64,000 nt of DNA from Lama guanicoe (GCA_013239625.1 MU056000.1:13405175-13469174); one strand, 5' to 3'. Counted from the stretch's first letter, positions 1 through 14,159 are shown. The notes: generated by a model not told the origin, from the sequence alone. A program made the numbers and translations.

Positions 1-939
1 GAAGTTCCTATTTTCTTTATGAAAACTAATTAACTTCAAGGTTATGTTGCCAATTTTTTTTTCTGATGGGAAACACAACTGAACAGTAATATAAATCGAT
101 GTTTTCCCAGGAATGATGGCTTTTTCAGAATTTATTATTAATGTAGAATGAATACTTTTGCATGGAGGAATGGTTTTATTCCATTTATTTAAGTTGGAGA
201 CCAAATCTAATGAGAGTGTTCAGTCTGGTTTGGAATATGTCCTCTGACATTTCTGTATCCTTTTTTGTTATATCCTCAGTAAAATATATAGCTTTTTTCA
301 TTTCACCTTCTCCTTTACCAGGAGTAAGGCTTGTAGAATGAATAAATAAGGTAGCCTTAAATGAAAAATTTCCTCTGGTGTAGTCTGCTCTTAACATTTT
401 GCTTCAGCTTATGTGTGATTGATCATGTTGATATTTTAAAACCTAGCACGAAGAATAGTCTTATGAATGCCTTTTATTCCTGAAAAGAAAAAAAAAACAG
501 AAAAAGAAAAAGAAGATTCTATTTTTCTCTTGTCCTGACTCTACTGCCATTGTTCACTTGTATAAAGCAAAACAGTCTTACCTTCAGAGACACTTTGCAA
601 ATCTCAACATCTGCTTAAAAATTGTTTTTAGCAAGGTAATGTTTCCAATTTTGGATGAAATGTTTTTAATTCAGTGGCAAAAATCAACGTAAAAATTGAA
701 CACACACATGAAAAATCAAACTAACTTTTTCTGTACCTTTGTTACAAACTTTGTTGAAGACTCAGGCAATATTCCTGAGTATTTTTAAAAAATTTTTGAG
801 AAGCTGAAATGTGAATAAGTCTTTGCAGTTCAACATTATGTCTATCATTGTCATTGACGTTGCTTGGATCATGCAACAGAGATAATTGCTTGTATGTATT
901 ATCTAACACTAATTTATACTTAAAAAGGTGATTGCCTTT

Positions 940-1420
940 TTATTGAAGTATAATTGATTTACAAAGTTATATTAGTTTCAGGTGTACAGCACAGTAATTC
1001 AGCATTTTTATAGTTTATACTTCATTAGAAGTTATTATAAGGTAATGGTTAGAGTTCCCTATTATATAATACATCCTTGTTGTTTATCTATTTTATACAT
1101 AGTAGTTTGTATCTCTTAATTCCTCACCCTTAAGGTGCCCCTCTCTTCCCTCTTTCCACTGGTAACCACAAGTTTGTTTTCTATGTCTATGAGTCTTCTT
1201 TTGTTTTGCTATAATGCTTCATTTGTATTATTTTTTTAGATTCCACATATAAGTGATATCATATGATATTTGTCTTTCTCTGTCTGACATTTCACTAAGC
1301 ATAATATTCTCTAGGTCCATCCACATTGCTGCCAATGTCCATACTACCCACATCAACCTACAGATTTAATGCAATCTCTAGCAAAATACTCATGACATTT
1401 TTCACAGAACTAGAACAAAT
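940..1420 (-). mobile_element. 5'-truncated, 5'-inverted L1 (artiodactyl-type 3' end)
   Basis: T-tract then TATTGAAGTATAATTGATTTACAA...CTCTAGGTCCATCCACATTGCTGC (antisense L1 3'UTR/ORF2 end), switching near 1334 to sense ORF2 (ATGTCCATACTACCC...CACAGAACTAGAACAAA). Flanking repeats GTGATTGCCTTT (928-939) and ATGATTGCATTT (1421-1432). Confidence 0.88.
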
Positions 1421-1453
1421 ATGATTGCATTTGAACATTTCCTGGGACTCTGT

Positions 1454-1830
1454 ATTATACGCTGAGTATTTGTGTTCTCCCAAATCCATATGTTGAAGCC
1501 CTAATTAGCAATGTGACTCTATTTGGAGATGCAGCCCCTATGGAAGTAATTAAGGTTAAATGAGGACACAGAGGTGAGGCCCTCAAGCTGTTGGATCCAT
1601 GTCTGTCTCTTTCTCTCTCCCCTCCCACAAGAAATACAGAGGAAAGACCTTGTGGAGTCATCGTGAGAAAACAGCCACCTAGAAGTCAGGAGGAGAGCTC
1701 TCATCAGAAACAGAATAAAGACACTTTAATTGTGTACTTCTAGCCTCCAAAATTGTGAGAAAAATATGTCTGTGGTTTCAGCCACTCAGTTTACAATATT
1801 TTGTTATTGCAGCCCAAGCATACTAACACA
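1454..1830 (+). mobile_element. MaLR solo LTR (MLT1A-like)
   Basis: CAAATCCATATGTTGAAGCCCTAA, GTAATTAAGGTTAAATGAGG and terminal TTTTGTTATTGCAGCCCAAGCATACTAACACA resemble MLT1 motifs. Confidence 0.85.
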
Positions 1831-2229
1831 CTGAGGAACACAAAACAGGGACATTACATAGATGCAATGCCATGCTGCACTTTGTAAACTTAAGGAATGC
1901 ATCTGTATCTGTATACTTTATGAAAGGAGAATCTAGAATTGTGTATTCACCTCTGTGAATTTGCCTATGAGACAAGGAGCTTATCAGCCTGCATTTCTTT
2001 AACAGTTTCTGGTGCTCAACTCACAATAGCCTATATTGAAAGATACAGTCAGGTACAACACCACTGTGTGATCTTAGGTAGAGAATATTCTGAGAAAAGT
2101 AACATACTTTAAAATTTTTTATTTTTAGTTGATTCTTGAGATTGAGTTTGTGATTTGGTTACAAGGAATTTTGATATATCATTAAATATATTTGATAAAA
2201 CATATTCAATGCATATAAAAAAGGTAAAT

Positions 2230-2890
2230 GTTTAATATTAAAATTTAAATAATCTAACAATCACTTGGGAAAAGGAAAACAATCAATAGTAATAGAATTT
2301 TATGAGCACATAGTTCCTATAATAAAAATGCAAATGGAAATGAGCATATGAAATTATTTCAAATATTATTATGAAATTAATAAAAAGTCAGCTAAAATAA
2401 AAGCTATTATTTTTTCACCCATTGCTTTATCAAAAGATAAGTAGTACATGATTCTGACAAAGTTATGACAAGTGAATATTTACTTATTTATGGTAAAAAT
2501 ATACATTAGAAGAACATCATTGTAAAGTAATTGAGCAGTGGTTGTGCTGTCTTACAATGTGGTCATACTTGACCAAGGTTTTTATTTTTAGAAATATATT
2601 CTTTGGAAATAATTGAATGTTTACAGAAACATAATGTAACATGGTTAATTACTTGTTGATTGAAAATTAGAATGACTGACATGACTATCAAGGGAATAGT
2701 GAACTTCATAAAAAGGAAAAATACTTAGCCATTAAAAAATTAAGTATATTTGTATATACTATTCTATAAATATCATGAAGATGTATTTCAAATAAAAAAT
2801 ACAAAATTATATGCATGGCATAATGTTACATATATGTTCAATTATTTATGTGTATATGAGCAAATTGAATGCATTCAAAAGATGTGAAAA
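2230..2890 (+). mobile_element. Highly decayed ancient L1 (L1ME-like) 3' region
   Basis: A-rich, with degenerate L1 ORF2-end motifs in the expected order. Confidence 0.5.
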
Positions 2891-3459
2891 AATGATTTCG
2901 GTTTTCAATAGATTCAGAATAGAGTTTATTCCCTGAAATGTGGTCCCCTAGTACTTGTTAAAATTAACTGACTAAATAAATGAAGTAGAATTTAAGATTT
3001 AAAAAATAGCAAGCAAGGAGAATGTCACATATTTTTAATTTCACAAGATGAAAATTAAGATCAGAAATGGAAATAAGGAAAGCCTAGTTTGGTCCTTCCT
3101 CCACCTCCACTGAAAATAAGATACTGGGGTGATGTGTTCATCTTGAAAATCCTCATGAATGACACCAAATTGTTGAGAAGCTGCGACAGAGGGCATTTTT
3201 CTTTTCCATCTGTGACTAGCAGAGAGTGAAAATGACTGTGGATGAGTTTTGTACTGACTGACAGGCCCATAAGGGGTTGAAATTTTCTGATAAAAGCATG
3301 AACTCCAGGAATTTTAGGTGAATTATGGAGCTATTTCAATTAATTTATTGAATGATTAATGAATATACATTATATGTACATTATTAATACATTGAATTTT
3401 TAAGATAGCCCATTCATGGAATTAGATTTCTTTGTTTCATGTGGTGAATCCTTCAAAGA

Positions 3460-3585
3460 TTTTGCTATTCAAAGTTTGATTTTCAGATCAAGAACACTGC
3501 ATCACCTAAGCGCTTATAACAGATGTTGAATCATGGGCACCCTTTCACATTTTAGCAAGATCCCTGTGTAATTCCTGTGGCACTG
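3460..3585. mobile_element. MER5-like hAT DNA transposon remnant
   Basis: TTCAAAGTTTG...GCATCACCT...AGATGTTGAATC...CATTTTAGCAAGATCCC resemble MER5A motifs. Confidence 0.5.
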
Positions 3586-3789
3586 ATATTGTTTTAAATG
3601 ACTTTCAATATTATATGCTATCTTAGGCACCAGTTCTGTTAAGAATGCCTACAGAAAGCTGAGCTTTCATTTACATACTCATCTAAACAACACAAGTCAA
3701 CAAGCATTATTTTCAGGAGTGAGGAGGGGAAATAGGATTTAAGTGAAGGAAAAGGGAGAAAGAAGAATTATGTCAACTTCTATAAAAAA

Positions 3790-4800
3790 TATCATATTTG
3801 CAAGATGAAAAGAAAGGTTTGACAGCAATGTGAACATTAAGATCACCATGAATTAAAGAATAAATTTTGCAAAAAACAAGTGACTGTCTTAGCCAAGATG
3901 AAATCACCAAATGAATAGAAGAAAATGTTCCACAAGTGACTTGTGAGTATTTAATACAAACATTAATTTATGAAACAAAAGTGTAGAAACTTGGTGGTAG
4001 TACAGCACAGTAGGATGAAAATGGGAACTAGAGAGCCGTGGAAACAAATTGAAAAATGAAATTACAACAATGCAGAAATAATAAATGTATTCTAAATAGC
4101 ACACAACAGAGCAGATGTGGTTGAAAATGGAATTACTGACATAGTGGAGAAAAGACTTACTAAAATTATCTGAATGCAGAGGAAAAAAGTCCAAGGTCAA
4201 AGCAATTAGAAAAATCACAATAGGTGTACCAACATGAGAATTACTGTTATCTGCGATGTAGAAAATCCAATAGAATTTAAAAAAAATATTCATCTAAAAT
4301 GGATGGAAATTTTCCCAGAAATGGAGTTGTAAATGTATCTACAGCACAACAGAATACACAGTGCTCCAGACAACAGTTGCAGAATTTTTTTCCCCAGAAA
4401 TAGCTTGGTAATGTCATCAAAACTGAAGAACTAAATAATTTCTCAGATGCAAGGGAGAAATGAAGGTTATGATATAGTGTTATGATTTAGAGACTTACCC
4501 ATGGAAGTGCTCAATGGCAGAGAATAACAGAAATTCTAAACGAAATAAAAGGAAGTGGTACTGAAGACTCATATATCCAGGTAAGTTGTCATTTCAAGCA
4601 TGAAAATACTAGGCAGTCACTTCTATATCAAAACAAGAAATAAAAGGAAATAAACCATCAGTAGATCTTTCCGAGAAAAGAGAAAAAAAAAATCAGAGAG
4701 ACAAACACAACATGTTTTTGACTATTAAGCCAGTCAAGTAACAGATGAAGAAAGGAATTATGGAAATGGAAACCAAATGCAGACTTAACATCCATGGCAA
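3790..4800 (+). mobile_element. Decayed HAL1/L1 ORF1-like fragment
   Basis: Very A-rich sense strand with ORF1-like motifs (GAAATTTTCCCAGAAATG; CTCATATATCCAGGTAAGTTGTCATTTCAAG). Confidence 0.5.
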
Positions 4801-7800
4801 TAAAACTTTAAATAAAAGTGCACATTTTCTGTACATCAGTAATGAAGGCTTGGGGTATGAAAAAATGTCCATATTTCAAATTGAAATAATTAAAACCTCC
4901 GACCTTTCAATATTTTTCACAACTTTTCCTTAAATTTTGAGATACCTTAAGGAATACAGATCCCTTAAAAAGAACAAATATTTATACAAATTCAATTCTA
5001 AACATTTAATTTGCTTTCTTTTTCTTTTTAGATTCAACTAAAACAAACACAATTTCTATTAAAAGTATAATTTATAGTATGACCCCAGTTTTAAATAAAA
5101 CATCTTCCTTTCTTCTTTTTCTTTTTCTTTCTTTTCTTTCTTTTTTTTTTTGATTTCTTGCTTTTACTCTTTTTTTTTAATTCTATTTCTTTCTGTTTTC
5201 AAAAAGTATAGTAAATCATCCAGAATGCTCTTTACTTAATGGTTAAAATGTAATTTCAGACTTTCTATTGTGTGTTTAAAGTTGTTCTTGGCATGTTTTT
5301 TATGTTGTTTATTTATTAAAACAAAGCAGTTATTATTAAGACAAAACAGATCTAAAAGAATCCACATCAAAATTAAAATATCACTTTTGGGTTGGGGAAA
5401 TTGGACTAAATGTAGGCATAAAGCATGAAGAAAGAATTTTAAATTAGTACTTCAAAATATTTCTACTACTTTAACAAAATGATTGCCTGCATAAAGTGTC
5501 CATTACTAATAAGCTATAATTTGTTGTTAATGATATGAAGGTGTTTTTCAATCTTTGCAGTTTATATGCATTCATGAAATTATCTATTCCCCTACAGAGA
5601 CTGTCAGGAATACCCGACGTTTATACAAAGCTCAATATTTGTTTATGTTTTTGTTTTTGTTTTGTTTTTTTGTTTTGTTTTTAAATAGTAAGCAAAGGAG
5701 GACACCATCTGATGGAGTTATCTCTCTTAGTTGAAGAAGGTTAGGGAAGAGTCGGCACAGAAAATGAATTGATCATATTTCCATAGATTGGTAAATCAGG
5801 CAAGTTGCTAGGACTGTCAGAAGTCCTTGACATATTGGAATTAGAACCAAATTGCGGTTGATTTATATTAAAACGGGTGTTTGTGTATGGTTTTATTTGG
5901 GCTCTGAACAGGATGTTTACACTAGAATACAGTTTACAGTGAAATAATTTATATCATTCTCCATCAACAGAAAGAGCTGATTTGCTGAGAATCATGGTGG
6001 TTTGTTTTGCAAATTATGGTTTCTGTACTTTCTCAGTCTAGCATGTATTTAATCTTTAATCTCATATCCTAGATTATCTCTGTTGAATATCTTAATTATG
6101 AAAGAGACTGCAGGTAACAACTGTCTTATCTTCTGACCCTTTTAAATTACTGTGTTTTTCTTAAGCCAAAATTACTTGTAAGATATCTCTTTGTTGAGCA
6201 AGATATTGGAGAAAAGAAAATAGTAAAGTAAAATATATTCTCTGAAATATTCTCAAATTATAGTCGGATAATTATATTTCATTGAATTGGAATGAATTTT
6301 TGCTGAGTAATGGAGAAAACATATTACTTTGTTATTGACTTTAAAGAACTCGATGTTACAGATATACTGGTTTCCACCTCCTTGTGCTTTGAATACATTT
6401 TTTCTAACTTCACTATTTTATATATTCCTCAACAAATAGTTGCTTCAAGAGAAATACACATTCATATTATCTTTTTATTAACCTAGAGGCTCAAACTAAT
6501 GCTAAAAGGAAGCAGGCAATTTAAGTCTTCAGCTGTCCTTGGACACTTTTCTCGTGGTGTTATAGGAAAATACAATCATATGAAATGTATATATTATTTA
6601 AATAAGAAGGAAGTAACTTTTGTCATATTTAACTTTTGTCTAAAAATAAAATTCTATTATGTATGATTTACTTGGATTTCAGGTTAGTTTCTTTATTAAA
6701 GGGGTTAATTGTAATTATTGAAGATTGATTTTTTTAAATTTTACAAAACCAAATAAATGCAACTATTATTTGGTAATGTATCTAATCCTTTGTAAAGAAA
6801 AATGATTCTTTCTTATAAAAGTCAGATAAATATTGTTTTGAGTATGTTATTTATCTTGAATCAGTTGAGCTCTTGTAAGAAGAATCTATAGCTTAGTAAA
6901 TAGATACATTTTTATTCAACCATGAAGCAAACTATTTATTTTAGTTTAGATATCTGTTTCACAGCCCTCTTGCTACCAATGAAACATTCTTATGCAAGCA
7001 TGCACATTTTTACACAGCTTTAAATAAAGGCAGTTTGGAGGTGATGCAAATCATTGTGCTGAATGGATGCCACTTTGTTACACACGAGGTATACCCATGG
7101 CTAGTTTGTATATCTAGAATTGTGGCAGTCTTCACAGTGCTTTACAAGACAAGTGGCTTACAAGATGAAGAAGATAGTTACCAACTTCTGATCTCACAAT
7201 CATCCACATTTATCCCTCCACTTTCTCACACTTCTTTTCCCTTCTTTTTTCATCTTATCCTTTTTATTTTCTCCTTATTCCCTTCCTTATCTGTCAGTCT
7301 TTCTTACTGCATCAAATATAAATTGACTTACCATTGAAGTAGTAACAAAAGAAAATGGATATTTTCCTTATTAAGTGCAAAGCAACAAAATGGCTTATTT
7401 GAAGTCAGGTAAAGCTGAGAAATTATTTTTCTCTTCCAACTGGTATCATCTGTCCTCACTTTTCTGCAGGTGTGATCCTTTAAATCTTACAACACACACT
7501 CTTAACTGAGCACAGGAGAGACAGTTAATTCCATGATATTTGAATACGTCTAGTGGGAAATTAGGAGATCTGAAGCTGTTATTTACAAAGTTTCAATAGC
7601 AGACTCAGATTAGCTCCAAGAATTCACAGTAAAACCTTAGCAATGCTTTTAGCTGATTCTGTAAGAATTGTATATGTATATGTTTTTTTCCCTCACCCAA
7701 TGTATCAGCTCTCTGTGGAAATCTTACATGTCATGTTCATATTTGCATCCCAAATGACTAGTACAGAACCTGAAATATAACAAAAATATGTTTGTGTGTG

Positions 7801-7824
7801 TATATATATATGTAACATATATAA

Positions 7825-8280
7825 TATGTAATAAAGAATAAAATAATACCATTTGCAGCAACATGGACCTAGAGATTGTCATACTAAGTGAAATAAGTCA
7901 GATGGAGAAAGACAAATATCATATAATATCATTTATATGTGGAATCAAAAAAAATTATACAAATGAACTTATTTATAAAACAGAAACAAACTCACAGACA
8001 TAGAAAATAAACTTATGGTTACCAAAGGTGAAGGTGGAGGGGAGGGATAAATTAGGAGTTTGGGATTAACAGATATAAACTACTATATATAAAATAGATG
8101 AAAACAAGATCCTACTGAATAGCACACAAGGAATTATATTTAATATCTTATAATAACCTATAATGAAAAAATATGAAAAAAGAATATATATATATATATG
8201 TATAACTGAATCACTATGCAGAAACTAACACAACATTGTAAATCAACAATACTTAACTTAAAAAAAAAGAAATTAAAAAA
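7825..8280 (+). mobile_element. L1 3' end (artiodactyl type) with poly(A) tail
   Basis: CCATTTGCAGCAACATGGACCTAGAGATTGTCATACTAAGTGAAATAAGTCAG...AACACAACATTGTAAATCAAC followed by an A-tail. Confidence 0.92.
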
Positions 8281-11200
8281 GACAACCTTAAAATACTTAA
8301 GGAAAGTACTTAGAATATTCCTGAATTTGAGCATTTAAGATACATAGCTTGTTTCAGATTGACTCTGTGTTTTCTCAGGATGTTTTTACTATATTTATTT
8401 TATCATCTTTTCAGCTAGCATCTTCAAGATGTTTAGACGTCATTCAAAAGTTAAATATATTCAGGAACCAAAGCATTACCCTCTCAGGTACATCTTTAAA
8501 TATAACATCTCATTATCACTGATTCAATACACTTAAGTATATTTTACGGGACCAAAGAGGGGAAGTTTATCACTTAAACTGTCACTCTGGTAAAGCCTGA
8601 GTGACAGGATTATGTAGCATTGAAAATATTTTATTCACTCCTTTATTCATTTGCTCATTCACTTAATTTTTTTCTTCATTTAAATATGGACAGTGGAGTC
8701 TTCATCATATACTAGCATACTTTTGCTAGTCGAATGACAGCAAACGGGCAGGCATTCTTTTTGTTTTGTAAAGTAGAAATTTGGACCTTTTCAGAACTGT
8801 TTTTATTTTTTAAATAACATTATTTAGGAATCAATTTTGTATTTGACACTGTCCTTTGCAGTAGCATAGGGAAATAGAGAGACATGGAAAGACACATCTA
8901 ACATCCAGAGGACTCCCTTCTAGAAGCTTCTCTCTGTGCTGAAACCAGCCTCCCTTGGGAAGATTCTGGCTTTGTATTAAGCTTAAGTCATTAACCTAGA
9001 TTGCTTCCTTACAGATTCACCTTGATTGGCATAATATTATCCTCTCTAACAAGTCTTTAATTTCTAGAGAGGACGGAGGCAGTTTTCTGAGGGTTCTAAG
9101 CATATTGATAGCTTATATTCCAAGCTATGGGGTTGGCATTGCCTGGGTCTTTGGGGGTGGCATTATCAACATGTTCACTAAATTTCTTCCTGTTTCTCAT
9201 CCTACCTCTGCATAGCTAGAGGTGCCTCAAAATAATCTTTTAGACATAAAAGCAGTTTGCTGCATATGCTTTAAAGTTTTCAGGTTTGTGTGTATAAAGG
9301 CTGGCATGTTAAATCACCCCCTCAGCAGACATACCTATGATCTCAAACGCGGTTGTCAACTTGTGAAACACGCTACTGAAGACCCACGCACTGAAATGGA
9401 AAAGGTCTTTGCAAAGAAACAAAATACTACATTGTAAATTAAGATATCTCTTATAAGCATAGTTATATATTACATATTTTACATTTATTATTAATATGCA
9501 TTATAATGGCTCTCTATAGTTGACCGTATTAGCATTTCCCACTTTTACTTAAAACTCATCAAGTCAGTTTTATCAAATGTAATAGAAAATAAACCTAAAT
9601 TAAGAAAAGTAAAAAAAAAAATCCTTAGAAAGTTTATGTGATTTGATCAACATGCCTCCTCTAATAGGAGAATACAAGCTTTCTGAGATTTAGTTTTGAT
9701 TTGAAAGAAGTCTCATTAAAAATATACAAGGAAACATAGCAAGGTTTACATGTATAATTGCCACCAATTGGCCTTTTAATCAGTATCTTTGATGATGCCA
9801 TGTCACTGAATATTAACTAGAATCACAAGAGAAGTTTGATGCTGAAGAAATCCTTCTCATAACCATGCTGTACCCCAAATCATCAGGACAAATAATTGTC
9901 ACCAGCTGTAGGCTGATGATCAGAATTGTAGTAATGAGAGCATGAGATAGTTAACACATTTATATATTCCAGATGAAATATGGCAATATTTATAAAGTTA
10001 ATATATGTTTGATATGTTCTACTTTATAAGAAATTTTCTAATGTGTACATAATAAAATAGATATTAATTAAGTAGTCATGGCACTATAATTTGGGGTTCA
10101 ATGAAAATATTCTGTCATCTCTTTTGGCTGATAAAGCAGCTTGAGAAAGTCACATTGTAGGTGAAGCAATGACAAATAAGGCCTTTTATGAAATTTTGGT
10201 TAATTTAAAACTCTGTATTAAAAGACTACTCTAAATCAGGCATTTAGCTAGTTTTACAGTGATCAAGGCCGAATTCCTATATTCCAATAGTTTACATTGG
10301 AAACTTGGAAATCTGTAAACATGGAACACAGAAGTACAGCATGGAAGTGATACTTTGTGTAGATGTCCGTTGATTTGAAATGTTGTAGCATTGTTTAGGC
10401 AGTCACATATTTCATATATCAAGTTAAAGCAGTTAGCAAAGATTCACTTTTTATTTGCATTTGTACATTTTAAATGAAGAGCAAGTTTTTGGAAACTATG
10501 CAAATTTATAAAAATAACATTCAAACTTGAGAAATGTTGTGTATTTGTCTTATGCTGTCTTATGTCCTTTTCACATGGCCTTTGAAAAAGTCTAAGATAG
10601 TAAGAAAGGATACCTTTGCCTTCATTTTACAAACAGACATTTAGCATACTCTAGTCTTTTTTCCTTCTGTTTGCTCTTGAAAAAGAACTTTAATGATCTA
10701 TCTTGATCTTACTAACTTCTCAGTCACTTGTAAGTTTGATCTTGCTTTTTCCCTCCTTCCCATTTTGTTGAAAATGCACTTTTTCAGGTAAGTTTCACAG
10801 ATCTTCTTAATAAGTCCAAATAAAACTTTTAAATTCTCATAAATTTTACTTTCATCCTATAGTTAATACTTTGGGTCATTTAGTTATAAATTCTTCTTTC
10901 AAATATTTGTTAATTTAAATACAAATATGATCTTTTAATTCAAAGAAAAAGAGTGGACTTGTGAGACATAAGATGTGATGAAGCAAACAGAAGGTGACTT
11001 TTCATAGATGTGCTTATCTTTGTAGATTTCAATTGCCGTGAGGGCCAAATAAGTGCCATGTGGTACATTACAGTATTTGCACACAGGAAAAATATGTTAG
11101 GTTCTCTATCAATGTACACTGAAAGAAGGGTAAAAGGGAGGGAAAGATTTTAGGAAGAGCAACAAAGGGAACTCTGAAAATATTCTCCTTTATAAAAGAA

Positions 11201-12049
11201 AAAAAAAATCTGGCAAACACTATCACAGTCAAATTGGCAGATTCAAAACTTAACTAAAGACTAGTGACAACTAGTCTTTGACAAAATTCAGCATCCTCTT
11301 ATTATTAAAAACTGTCAAAAATTAGGTACAGATGAAAAATTCCTGAACATAATAAAAGCCATGCTTGACAAGCCTACAGCTAGCACTGTCCTTAGGTGAA
11401 AGGTGAAAGCTTTTCTTCTAATATCAGAACTAGACAAGGGTGTTCATTCTTGCCATTTCTATTTAATGTAGCATTGAAAGTCCTAGCTAGTGCAGTTAGG
11501 CAAGAAAAAGAAGTAAAAAACATCCAAACTAGAGAGGAAGAAGTATAATTATCTCTACTTACAGGTGACATAATATTGTATGTAGGAAACTCTAAAGACT
11601 CTACCAAAAAATTGTTAGAACTGATCAATGAATTCAGTGAAGTTATGAGATAAAAAACCAATATACAAAATCAGCCATGTTTCTATACATCAGCAAAAAA
11701 CTTTCCAGGAAAAAACAAATAACTGTATGTTGAAAACTAAAAAAATGATGGAAAAAATTGAAGAAAATTAAAATAAATGGAAAGATATCTCATGCCCATG
11801 GGTTGGAAGGATTAGAATTGTTGAAATAGTCATACTATTCAAAATGGTTTATAGATTCAATGCAGTCTGTATCAAAATTCTAATGGAAATCTTCACAGAA
11901 ATAGAAAAAAAGGATCTTAACATTTTTATGGAATCGCAGAAGACCTCAAGTAGTCAAAGTCATCTTGATAAAGAAGAACAGAGCTGGAGATATCATGCTT
12001 CTTGACTGCAAAGTATATTACAAAGCTATAATAGCTTAAAAAGTATGGT

Positions 12050-12293
12050 TGTTATATGCTGAATATTTGTGTCCCCCCCCATGCCCCAAAAATACATATG
12101 TTGAAATCTTAATGTTCTATTCCCTTCTTCCAATGAGGTTATAAGGAGAAGTCTGTGACCTGAAAAAGAGCCTTCACCCAGCCAAGATGGCACTGTGATC
12201 CTGACATCCAGAAGTGTGAAAAATAAAATTCTGTTCTTTGTAAGCCACTCAGTCGGTGGTGTTTTGTCACAGCAGCCGAAACAGACAGAGGCA
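12050..12293 (+). mobile_element. MLT1A-like solo LTR (internally deleted) nested in L1
   Basis: TGTTATATGCTGAATATTTGTGTCCCCCC...GTTTTGTCACAGCAGCCGAAACAGACAGAGGCA splits the L1 motif GTATGGT/ACTGGCAT. Degenerate 5-bp TSD ATGGT/ACTGT. Confidence 0.85.
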
Positions 12294-12809
12294 ACTGTAC
12301 TGGCATGAAAACAGGCACATAGGCCAATGAAACGTAGTGAGCCCAAAAAGAAACCCATGTGTATGTGGTCACCTGATCTTTGATGAGAGCCTCAAGAATA
12401 CACAGAGGGGAAAGGATAGCCTTCTTAATAAATGGCGTTAGGAAAACTGATTTTCCACACGTGAAATAATTCAGTTAGACTCTTACCTTATACCTTATAC
12501 CATATACAAAAATCAAAAACAGATTAAATACTAAAATGTGAGTCCTGAAAACATAAAACTCTGAGAAGAAAACACAGGGAAAAATATTCTTTACATTGGT
12601 CTTAGCAATGATTTTTTTGGATTGATTCCCAAAGCAGAGGCAACAAAAAGTAAGACAACTGGGGCTACATCAAACTGAAAACTTCTGCACAGCGAAGAAA
12701 ACAACAGAGGGAAAAGGCAATTCGCAGAATGCGAGAAATGATTTGTACATATCTATCTGATAAAGAGTTAATACTCAAAATATAAAAGGAACTCATACCA
12801 CTCAATAGC

Positions 12810-12846
12810 GATAGATAGATCGATAGATTGATAGATTGATAGATTA
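12810..12846 (+). repeat. (GATA/GATT)n tetranucleotide microsatellite
   Basis: GATAGATAGATCGATAGATTGATAGATTGATAGATT read directly. Confidence 0.9.
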
Positions 12847-14132
12847 AATTACCTGATTTTAAAAAAGGGCACATGATCCAAACAGACATTTTTTTTTCCA
12901 AAGGAGACATAAAAATAGCCAACAAGTACATGAAAAGGCACTCGACATCATTAATCATAAGGAAAATGTGTATCAAAACCACAGTGAGATATCACCTTAC
13001 ATCTGCTAGGATGGCTACTATCCAAAAAACAATAGATAAAAAAAAGTGGGCTTTGTTGTAGAGAAAAGGGAACACTTGAACTCTTGCTGAGAAAGCTATT
13101 GTACAGTCACTACTGAAAATAGTGTAAAGCTTTCTCAGAAAATTAAAATTAAAAATAGAACTACCACATAATCCAGCAATCTCAATTCAGGGTATAAAAA
13201 AAAACCCAGAATCTCAAAGAGATACTTGCATTCCTTTGTTTATTGCAGCATCATTCACAATGACCAAGATATGGAAATAACCTGTGTCCATTGATAGATA
13301 AATGGACAAAGAAAATATGGTATATGTATGCAATATAATATTCAGCCATGACAAAGAAGAAAATCCTGCCATTTGCTGCAACACGGATAAACCTAGAAAA
13401 CATTTTGGTGAGTGACATAAGCCATACAGATAAAGACGAACACTGTGATTTCACTTATTTGTAAAATCTCTAAAAGACGAACTCCTAGAAGCAGAGAGTT
13501 GAGTGGTGTTTGCCAGTGGCTGGTGTTGAGGGGAAATGGGAATATGCTGGTCAAAAGGTACACATTTCAGTTATAAGATGAGTAAGTTCTGGGGATCTAG
13601 TGTACAGTACTGGGATTATAGTTAATAATACTGTAATGTATATGTGAAATTTGCTAGGAGAGTATATCTTAAATGTTCTCACAACATGAAAAATGGGAAC
13701 TATGTGAGGCGACAGATGTGTTAATTAACTTGACTGTAGTAATCATTTTACAGTATGTACGTATATTACTTTATCACGTTGTACACTAAAAATCTATATG
13801 AGTCTTGTATCCACGGGGCATTTGTCAAAACAAAAACAAAAGTAACGATTGTCTAGCACTGCAACTGCCTATAGTGGCATTACAGGAAGGGAACTGTAAG
13901 ATACTGATAAGAAAATATAAAAGGCAAAACTGAAGAATCAGAACAAAATAGAGGGCTTTAAAAAACTCTAATATAGTCCTAGAAACTCATATACATTTGC
14001 ATTGCTTTGCAAATGCTCAAGAAACACCGTATTATTTCATTTCTAGCTGAATTTGGTCTCTGTACAAGAAGAAAGTGAAGGATAGATAAGTTGTAAAATG
14101 CTTGCTGGAGTGTTGTTAAGTGTGCCCCAACT

Positions 14133-14159
14133 CGCGCGCGCGCGTGCGCGCATACACAC
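14133..14159. repeat. (CG)n-(CA)n alternating purine-pyrimidine tract
   Basis: CGCGCGCGCGCGTGCGCGCATACACAC; 8 CpGs. Confidence 0.9.

Larger units (their letters stand above)
11270..13800 (+). mobile_element. L1 ORF2 3' half plus 3'UTR (L1MA9/L1MA10-like), decayed and interrupted by MLT1
   Basis: Continuous RT/C-terminal homology (GACAAGGGTGTTCATTCTTGCCATTTCTATTTAATGTAGCATTGAAAGTCCTAGC; AAACTGAAAACTTCTGCACAGC) and 3'UTR GTTATAAGATGAGTAAGTTCTGGGGATCTA. Many stops and frameshifts. Confidence 0.93.

Noticed and set aside
185..397. 70-aa minus-strand ORF
   Set aside because: No recognisable homology and no in-frame splice connection.
9222..9437. 71-aa ORF with internal acceptor-like site
   Set aside because: No homology and no convincing downstream donor.
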